From positions 1-64,000 of the forward strand of contig CAWGMQ010000011.1 in NCBI GenBank assembly GCA_963823665.1: DNA of 64,000 nt, read 5' to 3'. This DNA is from an uncultured Planctomycetota bacterium. Its GTDB lineage: Bacteria; Planctomycetota; Planctomycetia; Isosphaerales; Isosphaeraceae. Position numbers and translations under genes: made by a program. Shown here piece by piece: positions 47,501 through 56,896 of the stretch; positions within the stretch are counted from its first letter, which is position 1, and each line of letters opens with the position of its first letter. Under the pieces are notes generated by a model. That model searched no databases and had not been told where the DNA came from. It worked only from the letters and a program-made list of their open reading frames with translations.

Positions 47501-49189
47501 TCTGCATTGCCGCAGGGCTCCGGTCCGCTGCTAGGGACGACCACGGTCACGGCCGCGGCGGGCATCGCCACATTCACGAATCTCGCGGAAGACACCGCCG
47601 AGACCATATGGCTGCACTTCACGAGCACTCCCGCGCTCACCGTACTCAACTCGAGCAACATCGTGGTCAGCCCCGGAGCGGCCAGTCAGTTGGCGGTCAG
47701 CACACAGCCCTCACCGACGGCGACGGCGGGCGTGGCTTTTGCTACCCAGCCGGTGGTCTACGTCGAAGACCAGTTTGGCAATCTGGAGACAAACGACAAC
47801 GCGACCCAGGTGACGGCCACATCGTCGCCGCTTGGCTCTGGTCCCCTGCACGGAACCACCACCGTGACGGTCTCCGGCGGTATCGCCACGTTCACGGATC
47901 TATCGGACAACAAGGCCGAGACCATGTCTCTCCGGTTCATCAGTGTTCCTTCGCTCACCGCCGCAACGTCCAGCAGCATCGTGGTCAGCCCCGCGGCGGC
48001 GAGCCAGTTGGGCATTCATACGCAGCCTGGGGCCACGACGACGATCAATGTGCCGTTCAGCCCGCAACCGGTAGTTTACGTCGAGGACCAGTACGGCAAT
48101 CTCGAAACCGGCGACAATAACACGCAGGTGACGGCCTCTCTCAATACCGGCTCGGGTCCTCTGCTCGGTACCACGACGGTGACAGTCTCCGGTGGCGTAG
48201 CCACGTTCACAAACCTTGCCGATCCGACTGTTGAGACCATCACGCTACGGTTTACCAGCAATCCCGAGCTGGCGCAAGCCGTCTCGAACGCAATCGTCGT
48301 GAACCAACAAGTCCCCTATCAACTGGTGCTGCAGACGCAGCCCTCCTCGAGCGCCACGGCCGGTCAGGCATTTTCGCCACAGCCGGTGATCTACGTCGAA
48401 GACCAGGCGGGCGATCTCGTTGTCGGCGACAACACAACCCAGGTGACGGTCTCGTTGCGCACCGGCACCGGCCCGCTTCTGGGAACAACGACGGTCACTG
48501 CGTCGGGCGGCATCGCCACCTTCACCAACCTCACGGATGACAAGGCCGAGTCGATCATCCTGCTGTTCACCGCATCCGGTCTGGTCAAGGCGCAGTCGAA
48601 TCAGATCACGGTGAGCCCCGCCGCAGCCACTTCGCTGAGTATCGTCGCTCCGACGCTCGACACCGCGCGTAAGCCGTTCAGCGCGACCGTGACGGCGTAC
48701 GACCCCTATGGAAACGTCGCAACCGGATATCGCGGGACCGTCCATTTCAGCAGCACCGACCGCGGGGCGGTGCTGCCCGCCAACTACACCTTCACCACTG
48801 GCGACGCCGGTATTCACACATTTGGAAACGGTGTCACGATGAAGACGGTCGGTCAACAGACGATCACCGTTTTCGACATGTCCAACCCGTCGATCACCGG
48901 GAGCATCGTTGTGTACGTGAGCCCGGCCCCGGCGGCCGCCGTGCTCGCTGCTCTCGCGGACAACGGATCATCAGCAGGCCCGGCCGTTGCTGCCGTCTCA
49001 TCGCCAAGCGCCCATCCCATGGCCATGGTCGATAGCGCGCATGTGTCTCACGTAAGAACGGCCCGGGCAGACAGGCGCCGGATGCTTGCTCGAGCGGATC
49101 GAGCTCGCGATCGAGTGCTGGGCGGCTTCATGGGGAGCCTTCATGCTCTTCTGATGGCGGAGCGACTTCTCGATGGTCAGAGCGACTGA
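38591..49189 (+). CDS. Giant surface protein/adhesin: two choice-of-anchor Q/beta-helix modules and 24 Ig-like repeats
   Basis: PRLEFLEERTLLS signal; DSGPGSLRNAI; NGGPTQT...GSPAIDAG...DQRG twice; repeated QPV..EDQYGN. Confidence 0.92.
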   Translation: MSSLNRPGSRIASSRRGQTPIARRRFACSRRNSSPRLEFLEERTLLSIDMVSNSNDSGPGSLRNAIATAGAGDMIEFNMTPGHVTSPITLTTGELTIAQNLKIVGPGASHLTISGNGASTVVAVSTGTNVAISGVTIADGVNGGTGGGVANKGDLKLLDDVLSDNSAQSGGAIYNSTGSLSVTGCTIESNHASNSGFGGGIFVTAGFVTIEDSTFQGNSAEGGGALVNGGGTVSLINSTLTSNSATDCGAIDNASNAELINCTVAGNTSTGIAGGIFNGVVASLTIGNTIIAGNSAGGAASDFDGAVTTDLGNNLIGDTSGSSGFTGPSDLLGVASGLAPLENNGGPTQTMGLTPGSPAIDAGNNALIPAGVGTDQRGFSRIVNGTVDVGAFEVQLYVVDNTNDQGPGSLRAAVTNADQAGGSSILFATTGVITLQSALPAISADVNMVGPGANTLSVSGNAAFQVFDVETGVTAGISGLTITDGSSGGNGGGIENDGTLTLTSCTVSDSSSGNDGGGIFNSGTLTVIASTVSGNTSSNDAGGIENSGTVAVVNSTVADNSANSGQGGGINNAGTLDLVNSTIADNSAFNGGGIQAGGAVTMANTIVGYNTLTGGTGADFDGSISTDSGYNLIADSSGSSGFTQPSDILDVDPLLSALGNYGGPTQTISLLPGSPAIDAGSNALAAFDSSPLTTDQRGDPRINDGIVDIGALETHLFTITILFGDNQSTAVKTDFNVLLTVVLTTFYGEPVEGGIVTFTAPGSGASATFPAGRTIITSPAGTASALAEANTITGSYQVAASSGGAGTKHFNLTNTPGAATQLAIQTQPSATASAGLPFGTQPVIDIEDQYGNLETGDNSTQVTAALATGSGTLEGTTTVTASAGVATFTNLAFSIPDTITLKFTSSPALTSVTSNAIVVTAPPTQLVIETEPSATATAGVSFATQPVVYVEDQYGDLETNDNTTQVTASLASGAGPLNGTVTVTVTGGIATFTNLSDNTAETISLRFTSVPVLTAATSSDIVISPAAASKLAVSTQPSPTATAGVAFSTQPVVDVEDQYGNLEASDNTTQVTATLHTGSGPLLGTTTVTVSGGIATFTDLSDDTAETISLQFTSVPALTSATSNNIDVSSAAATQLVVQTQPSATATAGVAFATQPVIWLEDQYGNLVKGNSAAQVTASALPAGSGPLQGFTTITASNGVVDFSGLAYDTAATIYLHFTSVPALTVANSSNIVVSPAAASQLAIITQPSPTATAGVAFSTQPVVYVEDQYGNLETGDNTTQVSASLNTGSGPLQGTTTETVSGGIATFTNLSDNKAETISLQFTSVPAVTAATSNNIVVSPAAATQLVLITQPSATATAGVAFATQPVVYIEDQYGNVETGDNTTEVTAALNTGSGPLQGTTIETASSGIATFTNLADDKAETISLQFTSVPALAVATSNNIVISPAAASQLAVITEPSPTATAGVAFGTQPVVYVEDQYGNLETGDNATQVTATSLPNGSGPLQGTTTETVSGGIATFTNLADDRAETITLQFSSVPSLAVATSSTIVISPAAATQLALVTEPSATATAGVPFSTQPVIWVEDQYGNIETGDNTTQVTAALNTGSGPLLGTTTETVSGGIATFTNLSDDTAETISLQFTSVPALTAATSNNIVVSPAAATQLVLITQPSSTATAGVAFATQPVVYIEDQYGNLETGDNTTQVTAASLPIGSGPLQGTTTVTASGGIVTFTDLADDTAETISLHFTSSPPLTVLNSNNIVVSPAAASLLAISTQPSPTAMAGVAFGTQPVIWVEDQYGNLETSDNTTEVTAALDLGSGPLQGTTTVMVSGGIATFTNLSDNQAETISLQFTSVPALTAATSNNIVVSPAAATQLVLITQPSATATAGATFATQPVVYIEDQYGNLETGDNSTVVTAALNTGSGPLQGTTLQTAANGIVTFTNLADDKAETISLQFTSVPALAAATSNNIVISPAAASQLAVITQPSLTATAGVAFGTQPVVYVEDPYGNLETGDNATQVTVTSLPLGSGPLLGTTTVTVSGGIATFTNLQDNTAETISLSFSSVPDLTPATSNDIVISPAAATQLALVTEPSATATAGVPFSTQPVIWVEDQYGNVETGDNTTQVTAALNTGSGPLLGTTVLTVSGGVATFTNLADDTAETISLTFTSVPALTAPTSSNIVVSPAAATQLVLITQPSAAATAGVAFATQPVVYIEDQYGNIETGDNATQVTASALPLGSGPLQGTTTVTASAGIVTFTNLTEDEAGTISLQFTSSPALAVTNSNNIVVSPAAASQLAINTQPSPAATAGVAFSTQPVVYIEDQYGNLETSDNTTEVTAALDLGSGPLQGTTTVMVSGGIATFTNLSDNQAETISLQFTSVPALTAATSNNIVVSPAAATQLVLSTQPSATATAGATFATQPVVYIEDQYGNVETGDNTTEVTAALNTGSGPLQGTTIETASSGIATFTNLADDKAETISLQFTSVPALAVATSNNIVISPAAASQLALITEPSSTATAGVAFGTQPVVYVEDQYGNLETGDNATQVTATALPNGSGPLQGTTTETVSGGIATFTNLADDRAETITLQFSSVPSLAVATSSTIVISPAAATQLALVTEPSATATAGVPFSTQPVIWVEDQYGNVETGDNTTQVTAALNTGSGPLLGTTVLTVSGGVATFTNLSDDTAETISLTFTSVPALTAPTSSNIVVSPAAATQLVLITQPSAAATAGVAFATQPVVYIEDQYGNIETGDNTTQVTAAALPLGSGPLQGTTTVTASGGIVTFTNLAENKAGTISLHFTSFPSLAVANSNNVVVSPAAASQLAVSTQPAPTATAGVAFSPQPVIWVEDQYGNLETGDNATQVTAALNTGTGPLQGTTTVTVSGGIATFTNLSDNKAETISLQFTSVPALIAATSNNIVVSPAAATQLILNTQPSPTATAGVPFSTQPVIDIEDQYGNIETGDNSTHVTASALPQGSGPLLGTTTVTAAAGIATFTNLAEDTAETIWLHFTSTPALTVLNSSNIVVSPGAASQLAVSTQPSPTATAGVAFATQPVVYVEDQFGNLETNDNATQVTATSSPLGSGPLHGTTTVTVSGGIATFTDLSDNKAETMSLRFISVPSLTAATSSSIVVSPAAASQLGIHTQPGATTTINVPFSPQPVVYVEDQYGNLETGDNNTQVTASLNTGSGPLLGTTTVTVSGGVATFTNLADPTVETITLRFTSNPELAQAVSNAIVVNQQVPYQLVLQTQPSSSATAGQAFSPQPVIYVEDQAGDLVVGDNTTQVTVSLRTGTGPLLGTTTVTASGGIATFTNLTDDKAESIILLFTASGLVKAQSNQITVSPAAATSLSIVAPTLDTARKPFSATVTAYDPYGNVATGYRGTVHFSSTDRGAVLPANYTFTTGDAGIHTFGNGVTMKTVGQQTITVFDMSNPSITGSIVVYVSPAPAAAVLAALADNGSSAGPAVAAVSSPSAHPMAMVDSAHVSHVRTARADRRRMLARADRARDRVLGGFMGSLHALLMAERLLDGQSD
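41040..48625 (+). repeat. 24 tandem coding repeats, mostly 315 or 318 bp (105-106 aa)
   Basis: EDQYGN-type codons recur at about 41131, 41441, 41756 ... 48083, 48398. Confidence 0.92.
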
Positions 49190-49342
49190 CATCGTCGATA
49201 TTCCCGCCGCCTGAAGAGGCAGCCCCTGACTGGTCACTGATCGGCTCGTCGGGTCGGCCCGCGCTCCCATGCATCTCCGCCAGTGATGCGCGAACGTCGG
49301 CGTTATGCGCCAGCAGGGGAGCCCGACGCCACGACTGATCGC

Positions 49343-49378
49343 TCCCTCTCCCTCCGGGAGAGGGCCGGGGTGAGGGTC
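49343..49378. repeat. Palindromic intergenic repeat
   Basis: CCCTCTCCC-TCC-GGGAGAGGG-CC-GGGGTGAGGG. Confidence 0.65.
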
Positions 49379-49492
49379 CTTCCGCGCGCGACCGCAATTC
49401 GCAGACACGCTCTAATCTCCGACCGATGGCCCGACGCCGGCAATCCGCCCGATCGCTCCACCGCGAACGGGCAACCCCACTCCCGTGACCTC

Positions 49493-49822
49493 CGCGCGCA
49501 TAAGAGATGCTGCCCTGCGTCATCTGCGTCATCTGCGTCATTTTTCAGCCCCAAAACCTCCGCATTGTAGCGATTCTGAGTTTGACGCGTTCTTTGACGC
49601 TGCGCTCGTATCGCTCGACGTCTTGCCCCCGGGGCGAGGCATCGAACGCGCGCCCGACTGCGATCCCCGCGGAACCGGCCCGATGCCCGGCCCCCCCGAC
49701 CGCTCCGTCATGACCGGCCAGTTCTTCCCCCCCGAGTCCCACGCGCATAACAAATGCTGCCCTGCGTCATCTGCGTCATCTGCGTCATTTTTCGGCTCCG
49801 ATTTTCCACATTGGAGCGATCG
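49493..49822 (+). repeat. Two copies, 248 bp apart, of an element containing the tandem 9-mer CTGCGTCAT x3
   Basis: CGCGCATAA...ATGCTGCCCTGCGTCATCTGCGTCATCTGCGTCATTTTTC near 49495 and 49743. Confidence 0.8.
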
Positions 49823-49839
49823 TTCCGTTGATGCTCGAA

Positions 49840-50191
49840 TATCCCAAGCCCCAAGGGGCGACATCGTACAACCTGGCGGCGTGACCCCCCGGTCGGGACC
49901 AAACGCCCGCCATATCCCAAGCCCCAACGGGGCGACATCGTACAGCCTGGTGGCGTGAGCCCCCGGTCGGGACCAAACGCCCGCCATATCCCAAGCCCCA
50001 ACGGGGCGACATCGTACAGCCTGGCGGCGTGAGCCCCAGGTCGGGACCAAACGCCCGCCATATCCCAAGCCCCAACGGGGCGACATCGTACAGCCTGGTG
50101 GCGTGAGCCCCAGGTCGGGACCAAACGCCCGCCATATCCCAAGCCCCAACGGGGCGACATTGTACAGCCTGGCGGCGTGAGCCCCAGGTCG
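49840..50191 (+). repeat. About 4.7 tandem copies of a 74-bp double-hairpin unit
   Basis: CCCAAGCCCC starts at 49843, 49916, 49990, 50064 and 50138. Confidence 0.92.
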
Positions 50192-50429
50192 CGAGTTCGC
50201 CCTCCAATCCAATCGAACTCGAGCGGCTCCGACAGGCCTGTAACGCTCGCGCTCGCCTTTGCATATCTCTCGTGTCCCCCATGCAAGATCGCCGTATCCT
50301 CCTCCACTCTGCGGCAAGGCGCACGACACCCGCATCCCACCTTCCAAATAAGTAGAAGTTGGGCGCGGGTCTCCACACGCCGCCCGTGCCCCGAGCGGAG
50401 GTCTCCATCCGATTTCTTTTCCAGATTTT

Positions 50430-50463
50430 CGATGCAAGGTTTTCGGGGCGCGTGCGTAACAGA
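50430..50463 (+). promoter_or_regulatory. Putative ECF promoter upstream of the sigma gene
   Basis: CGATGCAAG...GCGTGCGTAACAGA; same motif and spacing at 61446-61479. Confidence 0.5.
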
Positions 50464-50678
50464 GGGAAAAGCGATCAGCACCGCCGGTCCATCCCGGCCC
50501 GGCCCGATCCGCGATATGTTGATTTTACTGGCATGAGCGGTCGACCGATGCTTATCCTCTGGAATGAAAAAGACTTGCGGGCCCTTGATCAGCCGCGCTG
50601 CGCGACGGAAGTATTGTCGCCCTTAGCTCCGCGAAGGGATTTTCCGACCATCCGCGCATGCGCGACGGAAAGAAGCTC

Positions 50679-51299
50679 ATGTCCGACACCGACACACGAG
50701 TTTCCCTGATCGTCGGCGTTTGCCAGCGTGATCCCGAGCGATGGCGCGAGTTCGACGCCATGTACCGGCCCATGTTGCTCGCCTTTCTGCGCAAGCAACA
50801 CCTAAACGAGTCGGACGCCAGCGACGTCGTCCAGGACATCTTCGTCAAGCTGCTCGACAAGATTCAGACTTACAAACGTGAAAAATACCGCTTCCGGAGC
50901 TGGCTCTTCGCCGTGGCACACAACACGTTGATCGACAAGGCCCGGCGGCGGGCCGCGCACAAGAAGGCCGTCGACGGATGGGTTGTCAACGTGCTCCGCT
51001 CAACCCCGTCGGATAGCCTGAAGATGGCCGAAGAGTGGGTGCGGCTCCATCGCTCGAAAATCCTCGCTCACGCGCTCGAAACCGTGCGCGGCCGTACGTC
51101 GCCGCGGGTGTGGGCGTGTTTCGAGCAACGGCTGTTGCGAAATCGCCCTGGTGCAGAGATCGCCAAGGAGCTGGGTTATGAGCCACCGACCGTTTACGCG
51201 AATGCCCACCGAGTGCTGAATCAGGTGCGTGCAATCTGCCAAGAATTCGACGAGGACCTGACCAATGATGGCGACTCTGGCCTGCCCCGACGAGACTGA
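50679..51299 (+). CDS. ECF sigma factor, kinase-associated planctomycete type (ECF59-like)
   Basis: TRVSLI, WREF..MYRP, DASDVVQDIF, FRSWLFAVAHN..ID, region-4 HTH; overlaps the kinase start. Confidence 0.88.
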   Translation: MSDTDTRVSLIVGVCQRDPERWREFDAMYRPMLLAFLRKQHLNESDASDVVQDIFVKLLDKIQTYKREKYRFRSWLFAVAHNTLIDKARRRAAHKKAVDGWVVNVLRSTPSDSLKMAEEWVRLHRSKILAHALETVRGRTSPRVWACFEQRLLRNRPGAEIAKELGYEPPTVYANAHRVLNQVRAICQEFDEDLTNDGDSGLPRRD

Positions 51300-53213
51300 G
51301 CTCCTGGTGCTGGCGATGGGCGAGCCCGTGGCTGCCGCACTCACAGCGCACGTGGATGGATGCGCAGCCTGCCGGGCGAACCTCAATCGGCTCCAGGCCG
51401 AGGTGGCAATGTTGCGGCAGAACCACGAACGCGGGACGACGCCCCCCTCGACCGAACGCGACCCCGCACTGGAGCACGACGCCGACGCGGCCGACGCCGG
51501 CGACGACCAAGGAGTGGATTCCGCTCGATCCGGCCGGGGCCCCCGGTCCGGAGGCGGTCGCCGCGGCCCGCGAGCTTGCCGAGGGGCTGAATGCCATGCC
51601 TGACGCGATCGGCCGGTACAAGGTCGTCGGCCAGCTCGGTTCCGGCGGCGAGGCGGATGTCTACCGCGTCGTCCACATCAAGCTGGGCAACGACCTGGTG
51701 CTGAAGCTGAGTCGCCGCCAGGTTGGTCCCGACAACCTTAGTCGGCCTGATCGACGAAGGCCGGCTGCTGATCGATTTGCAGCATCCCAACCTGGTGCGG
51801 ATCTACGACCTCGATTTCCACGATAATCGCCCGTTCCTGGTGATGGAGTACGTGCACGGCCGCAATCTGGAGGATTTTGCACGCGACGAGCCGGTAAGCC
51901 ATCGCCGTGCGGCCGCGCTGGCCGCGAAGCTGGCGGAAGTGATGGCCGTGGCGCATCAGCATGGGATCACCCACTGCGACATCAAGCCCAAGAACATCCT
52001 GATCGACAAGCTAGGCGAGCCGCGGCTGATCGACTTCGGCATGGCAAGGCTGCGGCACGCGTGGTCCGATCGCGTCGATTCGTCCGTGGGTGGGACGGTC
52101 GCGTTCATGGCTCCCGAGCAGGCGCGGCTGGAGCTCGATCGGATTGGACCCCGCAGCGACATCTTCGCGCTCGGCGGCGTGCTCTACTTCCTCCTCACCG
52201 GTTCAGCGCCGTTCCAGGGCCAAACCCACGAAGAAGTGTGGGCCCGCGCCCGCCGCTGCGATTTCGAGCCAGCAGCCCTGCGTGTCGCCAAGGTCCCGCG
52301 CCCCCTCGAGCGAATCTGCCTGAAGGCCATGACCGCCGAGCCGGCCGGCCGGTACGAAACGGCTGACGCCATGCAGCGTGCGCTCAAGCGCTATCTCGCA
52401 TGGCCGAAGGTCCTGGCCACGGCGGCTGGCGTTTGCGGCGTTGCGCTGCTCGGGCTCTTGCTCTACATCTTCGGCCCCCGGCCGGTGAAGGAAACGGCAA
52501 CGCCGCCGCTTGGCGGGTCTCAGGTCGCGCCCGCTGCAGATCGCCGGCCGATCCCCGCCCCGACGCAGCCGCTGAAAGGCCGGATCAATCTTCTGGTCGT
52601 CAAATCGAAGGATGGAACCCGGCGCAGGCTCCGGCTCCAGGATCCCCGGGCCGTGCCGTTGCGCGCCGCGGACGAGTTTCGGATCGAGGCCCGGCTCGAC
52701 CGTCCTGCCTACCTCTATCTCTTCTGGGTCGGCTCGGAGGGGAAGGTGGCTCCCCTGTATCCCTGGAAGGAGAACGACTGGTCGCAGCGGCCGGCCGAGG
52801 AACACAAGGTGTCGGGCGCCGAATTGCCGGGGATCTTCGACGACGTTCTGGAAATGCCGGTTTCGCCGCCGGGCCTGGAGACGCTCGTCCTTCTGGCTCG
52901 CGAAGACTCGCCGCTACCGCAGGAAGACGAGGTCAAGCTGGCCCAGGCTCTGTCGGGAACGCCCGTTCCCTTGCCCGACGATCTGACCAAGGCCATCTGG
53001 ATCGAAGATGGCGAAGAGGTGGTTTTCGAGCGGAGCTCTGGTACCAGGAGAAACCGCGCCGGCGAAGACGACTTGAGCCGCGGCATCCCCAGCCCCAAGA
53101 CCCGGAAGAGCGACGATCCGGTGCTGCGGATCCGGGCGCTCTTGAACGAGAAGGTGAAACCGCTGGGAAGTTACAGCCAGGCCGTGTTGTTTCCCAATCA
53201 GGGGGGTTCTTAG
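51265..53213 (+). CDS. Ser/Thr kinase with N-terminal Zn-finger-like motif, TM and extracytoplasmic DUF4384-like domain; frameshifts near 51450-51510 and 51740
   Basis: CP...HVDGCAAC; LGSGGEADV; HCDIKPKN; DFG; APE; TM; FRIEARLDRPAYLYLFW. Confidence 0.85.
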
Positions 53214-53273
53214 ACCGCTTCGGAAGGCGTCTTGCATCCTGTCTGCCGTCATCTCCAAGTGAGGATTATCCCC

Positions 53274-56200
53274 ATGCGCGATTCCGCTTCAGAACAGAAT
53301 TCACTCCGACCAGTTCTGCTGGCTGCGGCCGCGCTGACCTTATTCCTGGCAGGCTTAGTCTCATCGACGGCCAGCGCCGCGCAGCCCGCCCAGCGGCTGA
53401 CGCTCGAGCAGCGCAAGGATCTGAAGCAACGCGCGATCGAATTAAACAATGCCGGGTTCCAACTCTATCAGGAAGGTGAGATCGCTCGCGCCCTGGAGAA
53501 GATGAAGGAAGCGCTTCAGCTCTGCGAACGGCTTTACCCAAAAAGCGAATATCCAGGCGGTGACCCACACTTGGCCGCAAGCCCGAACAATCTGGGCTCG
53601 ATGCTCCAAGATCAGGGATCCTACGTCGAGGCGCGGGGCTTTTATGACCGGGGGCTGGCGATGTGTCAGGCCCTTTACCCCAAGGAGCGGTATCCGGACG
53701 GTCACCCCGACCTGGCCAACAGCCTGAACAACCTGGGCGACCTGCTCGAGGACCAGGGGGCCTTCGCGGAAGCGCGGGCCTTTCTCTAGCGGGCGCTAGC
53801 GATGCGTCAATCCCTCTACCCCAAGGAGCGTTATCCACACGGTCACCCCGACCTCGCCTCAAGCCTTCACAATCTAGGCCACGTGCTCGAAGACCAAGAG
53901 GCCCACGCCGAGGCGCGGGATTATTATGAGCGAGCGCTGTCGATGAACCAGTCCCTCTACCCCAAGGAGCGTTATCCACAGGGTCACCCCGATCTGGCCA
54001 CGAGCCTGCACAACCTGGGCCACCTGCTCGTCGACCAGGGTGCTTACGCCGAGGCGCGGGGATATTATGAGCGAGCGCTGTCGATGAACCAGTCCCTGTA
54101 CCCCAAGGAGCAGTATCCGGACGGTCACCCCGACCTGGCCACCAGTCTGTACGGCCTGGGCTACGTGCTCGAGGACCAAGGTGCCTACGCCGAAGCGCAG
54201 GCCTATCTCGAGCGAGCGCTGACGATGCGCCAAAGCCTCTACCCCCGAGAGCGTCATCCGCAGGGTCACCCGGACCTGGCCAACAGCCTGAACACCCTGG
54301 GCTCTGCGTTAATCCTCCAGGGGGCCTACCGCGAGGCGCGGGGCTATTACGAGCGGGCGCTGTCGATGAACCAGTCGCTCTACCCCAAGGAGCACTATCC
54401 GGACGGTCACCCTGACTTGGCCGCCAGCCTGAACAACCTGGGCCAACTGCTCAAGGACCAGGGTGCCTACGCCGGGGCGCGGGGGTATTACGAGCGGGCG
54501 CTGGCAATGACCCACGCCCTCTACGCGAAGCAGCAGTATCCGCAAGGACAATCCCACTTGGCCATCGGCCTGAATAACATGGGCGGGTTGCTCCAGGCCC
54601 AGGGTGCCTACGAACAGGCGAGGGACTATTATGAGCGGGCGCTGGCAATATACCAGGTGCGTTACCCGAAAGAGCGGTTCCCGCAGGGTCACGCCGACCT
54701 GGCTAGCAGCCTGAGCCGCATAGGCGCACTACTCGATCTACAGGGAGCCGACGGGAAGGCGCGGGGGTATTACGAACAGGCGCTGGCGATGAACGAAGCC
54801 CTGTACCCCAAGGAGCGTTATCCGCAGGGTCACCCCGACGTGGCCTCGAGCCTGAACAACCTGGGCCAGCTTCTCGAGGACCAGGGGGATTACGCCAAAG
54901 CGCGGGCCTATCTCGAACGGGCGTTGGCGATCCGTCAAAGCCTCTATCCCAAGAAGCGCTATCCGAGGGGACACCGGGAACTGGCCACCAGCCTGAGTAA
55001 CCTCGGCGGCTGGCTTTATGCCCAGGGCCGCTACGGCGAGGCCATGCCCCTCGTCCAGCAAGGAGCAGACATGCAGCAGGGCCTGGCCGACGTCCTGGTG
55101 GCCGCCACGTCAGAGGCCGAGGCGCTGAACTACCTTGCCCAGCTCCCATTGGACCGAGACGCTGTTATTTCCGTCTGCCTCCACGTGCCCGACAGCGACG
55201 AAGCAAGCTACGCCCGCGTCTGGGACGGCAAGGCGGCCGTCGCTCGGATGCTCCGGCGCCGCCGAGCTGAGCTGTCTCGCCAGGCTGCCGCCGACCCCGC
55301 CATCCGTCGGGTCGTCAACACCTGGCGTGACGTCCGCAGCCAACTCGCCCGGATGCTAATGGCCACCGCCGACGGCCGCGATCACCCTGAGCGGCTCACC
55401 AGGCTCCAGCAGCTCACCACAGAAAAGGACCGCATCGAACGGAGACTCGCCGAGGCGATTCCCGACTTCCTTCGTCGTCAGGCCCTGGAAGTTGGACCGC
55501 ATAACAAGCTTGTCGAGATGCTCGCTGATCACACGGTCGTTCTCGACCTCGTGAAGTACATACGCATCGAGCGGGCACCGCCGATCGACGGTGATAAAGG
55601 ATGGAGCCTGACACAGAGCTACATCGGCTACGTTCTCGCCAAGGGCCGGCCGGTGCGCGCGGTGGATCTGGGCCCGGCCACACCGATCGACGAGGCGGTT
55701 AAGACGTGGCGGGAAGCTATCAAAAAGCGCCAAATCAGTCCTTCCGGCAAGACGCTCCGCCGCTTGGTGTGGGAGCCCCTTGCGCGGCAGTTCGCGCCCG
55801 CCACGACGACCGTGGTTCTCGCTCTCGACGGCCTCTTGAACTCAGTCCCCTGGGCCGCGCTGCCGGGAGACAACCCCGACAGTGTCCTCCTGGAGCAGTA
55901 CGCCTTGGCCACCGTGCCCCATGCCCCGTTCCTACTCGACCGGCTCACCACACCGGTACCCCCGACTGACCACCCCGGCACCCTCCTTGCTGTCGGTGGC
56001 GTAGCTTACGACCAGCCTCCCAAGCCCGTCGGGGACGAGAAGATCAAGATCGAGGTGCTGGCGTCGCGCCAGCCCGAGACCGCCCGCGGCCGGGACGACG
56101 GCTGGAAGGAGCTGCCCGGCACGCTCGCCGAGCTAAACGCCGTCGCGCGGCTCGCTGGCACACGCACTGTGATCCGCCTTGAGGGCGCCGGCGCCGGCAC

Positions 56201-56888
56201 CGGTCAGCTCCTCCGCGATCTGCCCCGCGCCCGCTGGGCACACATCGCCACCCACGGCTTCTTCGCCAATCCCAGCATCCCCTCGGTCCTGCGGCCTGAT
56301 CCCCAGCACTTCTCTTTCATCGGCACCGAAAGCGTCGGCGCAGGCCTGCGCAATCCGCTGGTCCTCTCGGGTCTGGTCCTGGCCGGCGCCAATCTTCCCA
56401 GCACCGCAGTCGACCCCACAACGCATGACGACCTGGGCATTCTCACCGCCGAGGCGATCGCCGGCCTCCCCTTGCAAGACCTGGAGCTCGTCGTCCTCTC
56501 GGCCTGCGAAACCGGCCTGGGCTTGGTCGGCGGCGGCGAGGGCGTCTTCGGCCTCCAGCGTGCCTTCCACCTGGCCGGCGCCCACAACGTCGTCGCCAGT
56601 CTCTGGCAGGTCGACGACCAAGCAACGGCCGCTCTGATGGCAATCTTCTACGACCAGCTCTGGCGCGAGCACAAGCCGCCGATCGAGGCGCTGCGGACTG
56701 CCCAGTTGAGGCTTTACCACCATCCTGAGTGTATCGGCCAGCTCGCCAAGCTCCGCGGTACGCCCGACTTCGACAAATACGTCCAGCGCCCGGAGCCCGT
56801 CACTACCAATGGCCAGCCAGCCGGGACGCAACAACACGCCCCGATCGAGAAATGGGCCGCGTTTGTGCTCTCGGGGTGGGGGAAATGA
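53274..56888 (+). CDS. Exported TPR-CHAT (caspase-like) protease 1, with in-frame TAG at 53787-53789
   Basis: Signal peptide ending ASA-AQP; eleven 47-aa TPR units; HIATHGFF and LSACETG catalytic motifs. Confidence 0.88.
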
Positions 56889-56896
56889 GGAGGCAA

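Noticed and set aside
38687..48856. Many long antisense and alternative-frame ORFs over the giant genes (likewise over the IS and CHAT genes)
   Set aside because: Shadow ORFs expected from high-GC codon bias and repeats
49840..50191. CRISPR array
   Set aside because: The linkers between palindromes are identical rather than unique spacers, and no cas genes are present
49485..50536. ORFs with repeated peptides in the intergenic region
   Set aside because: Translations of the 74-bp non-triplet tandem repeat
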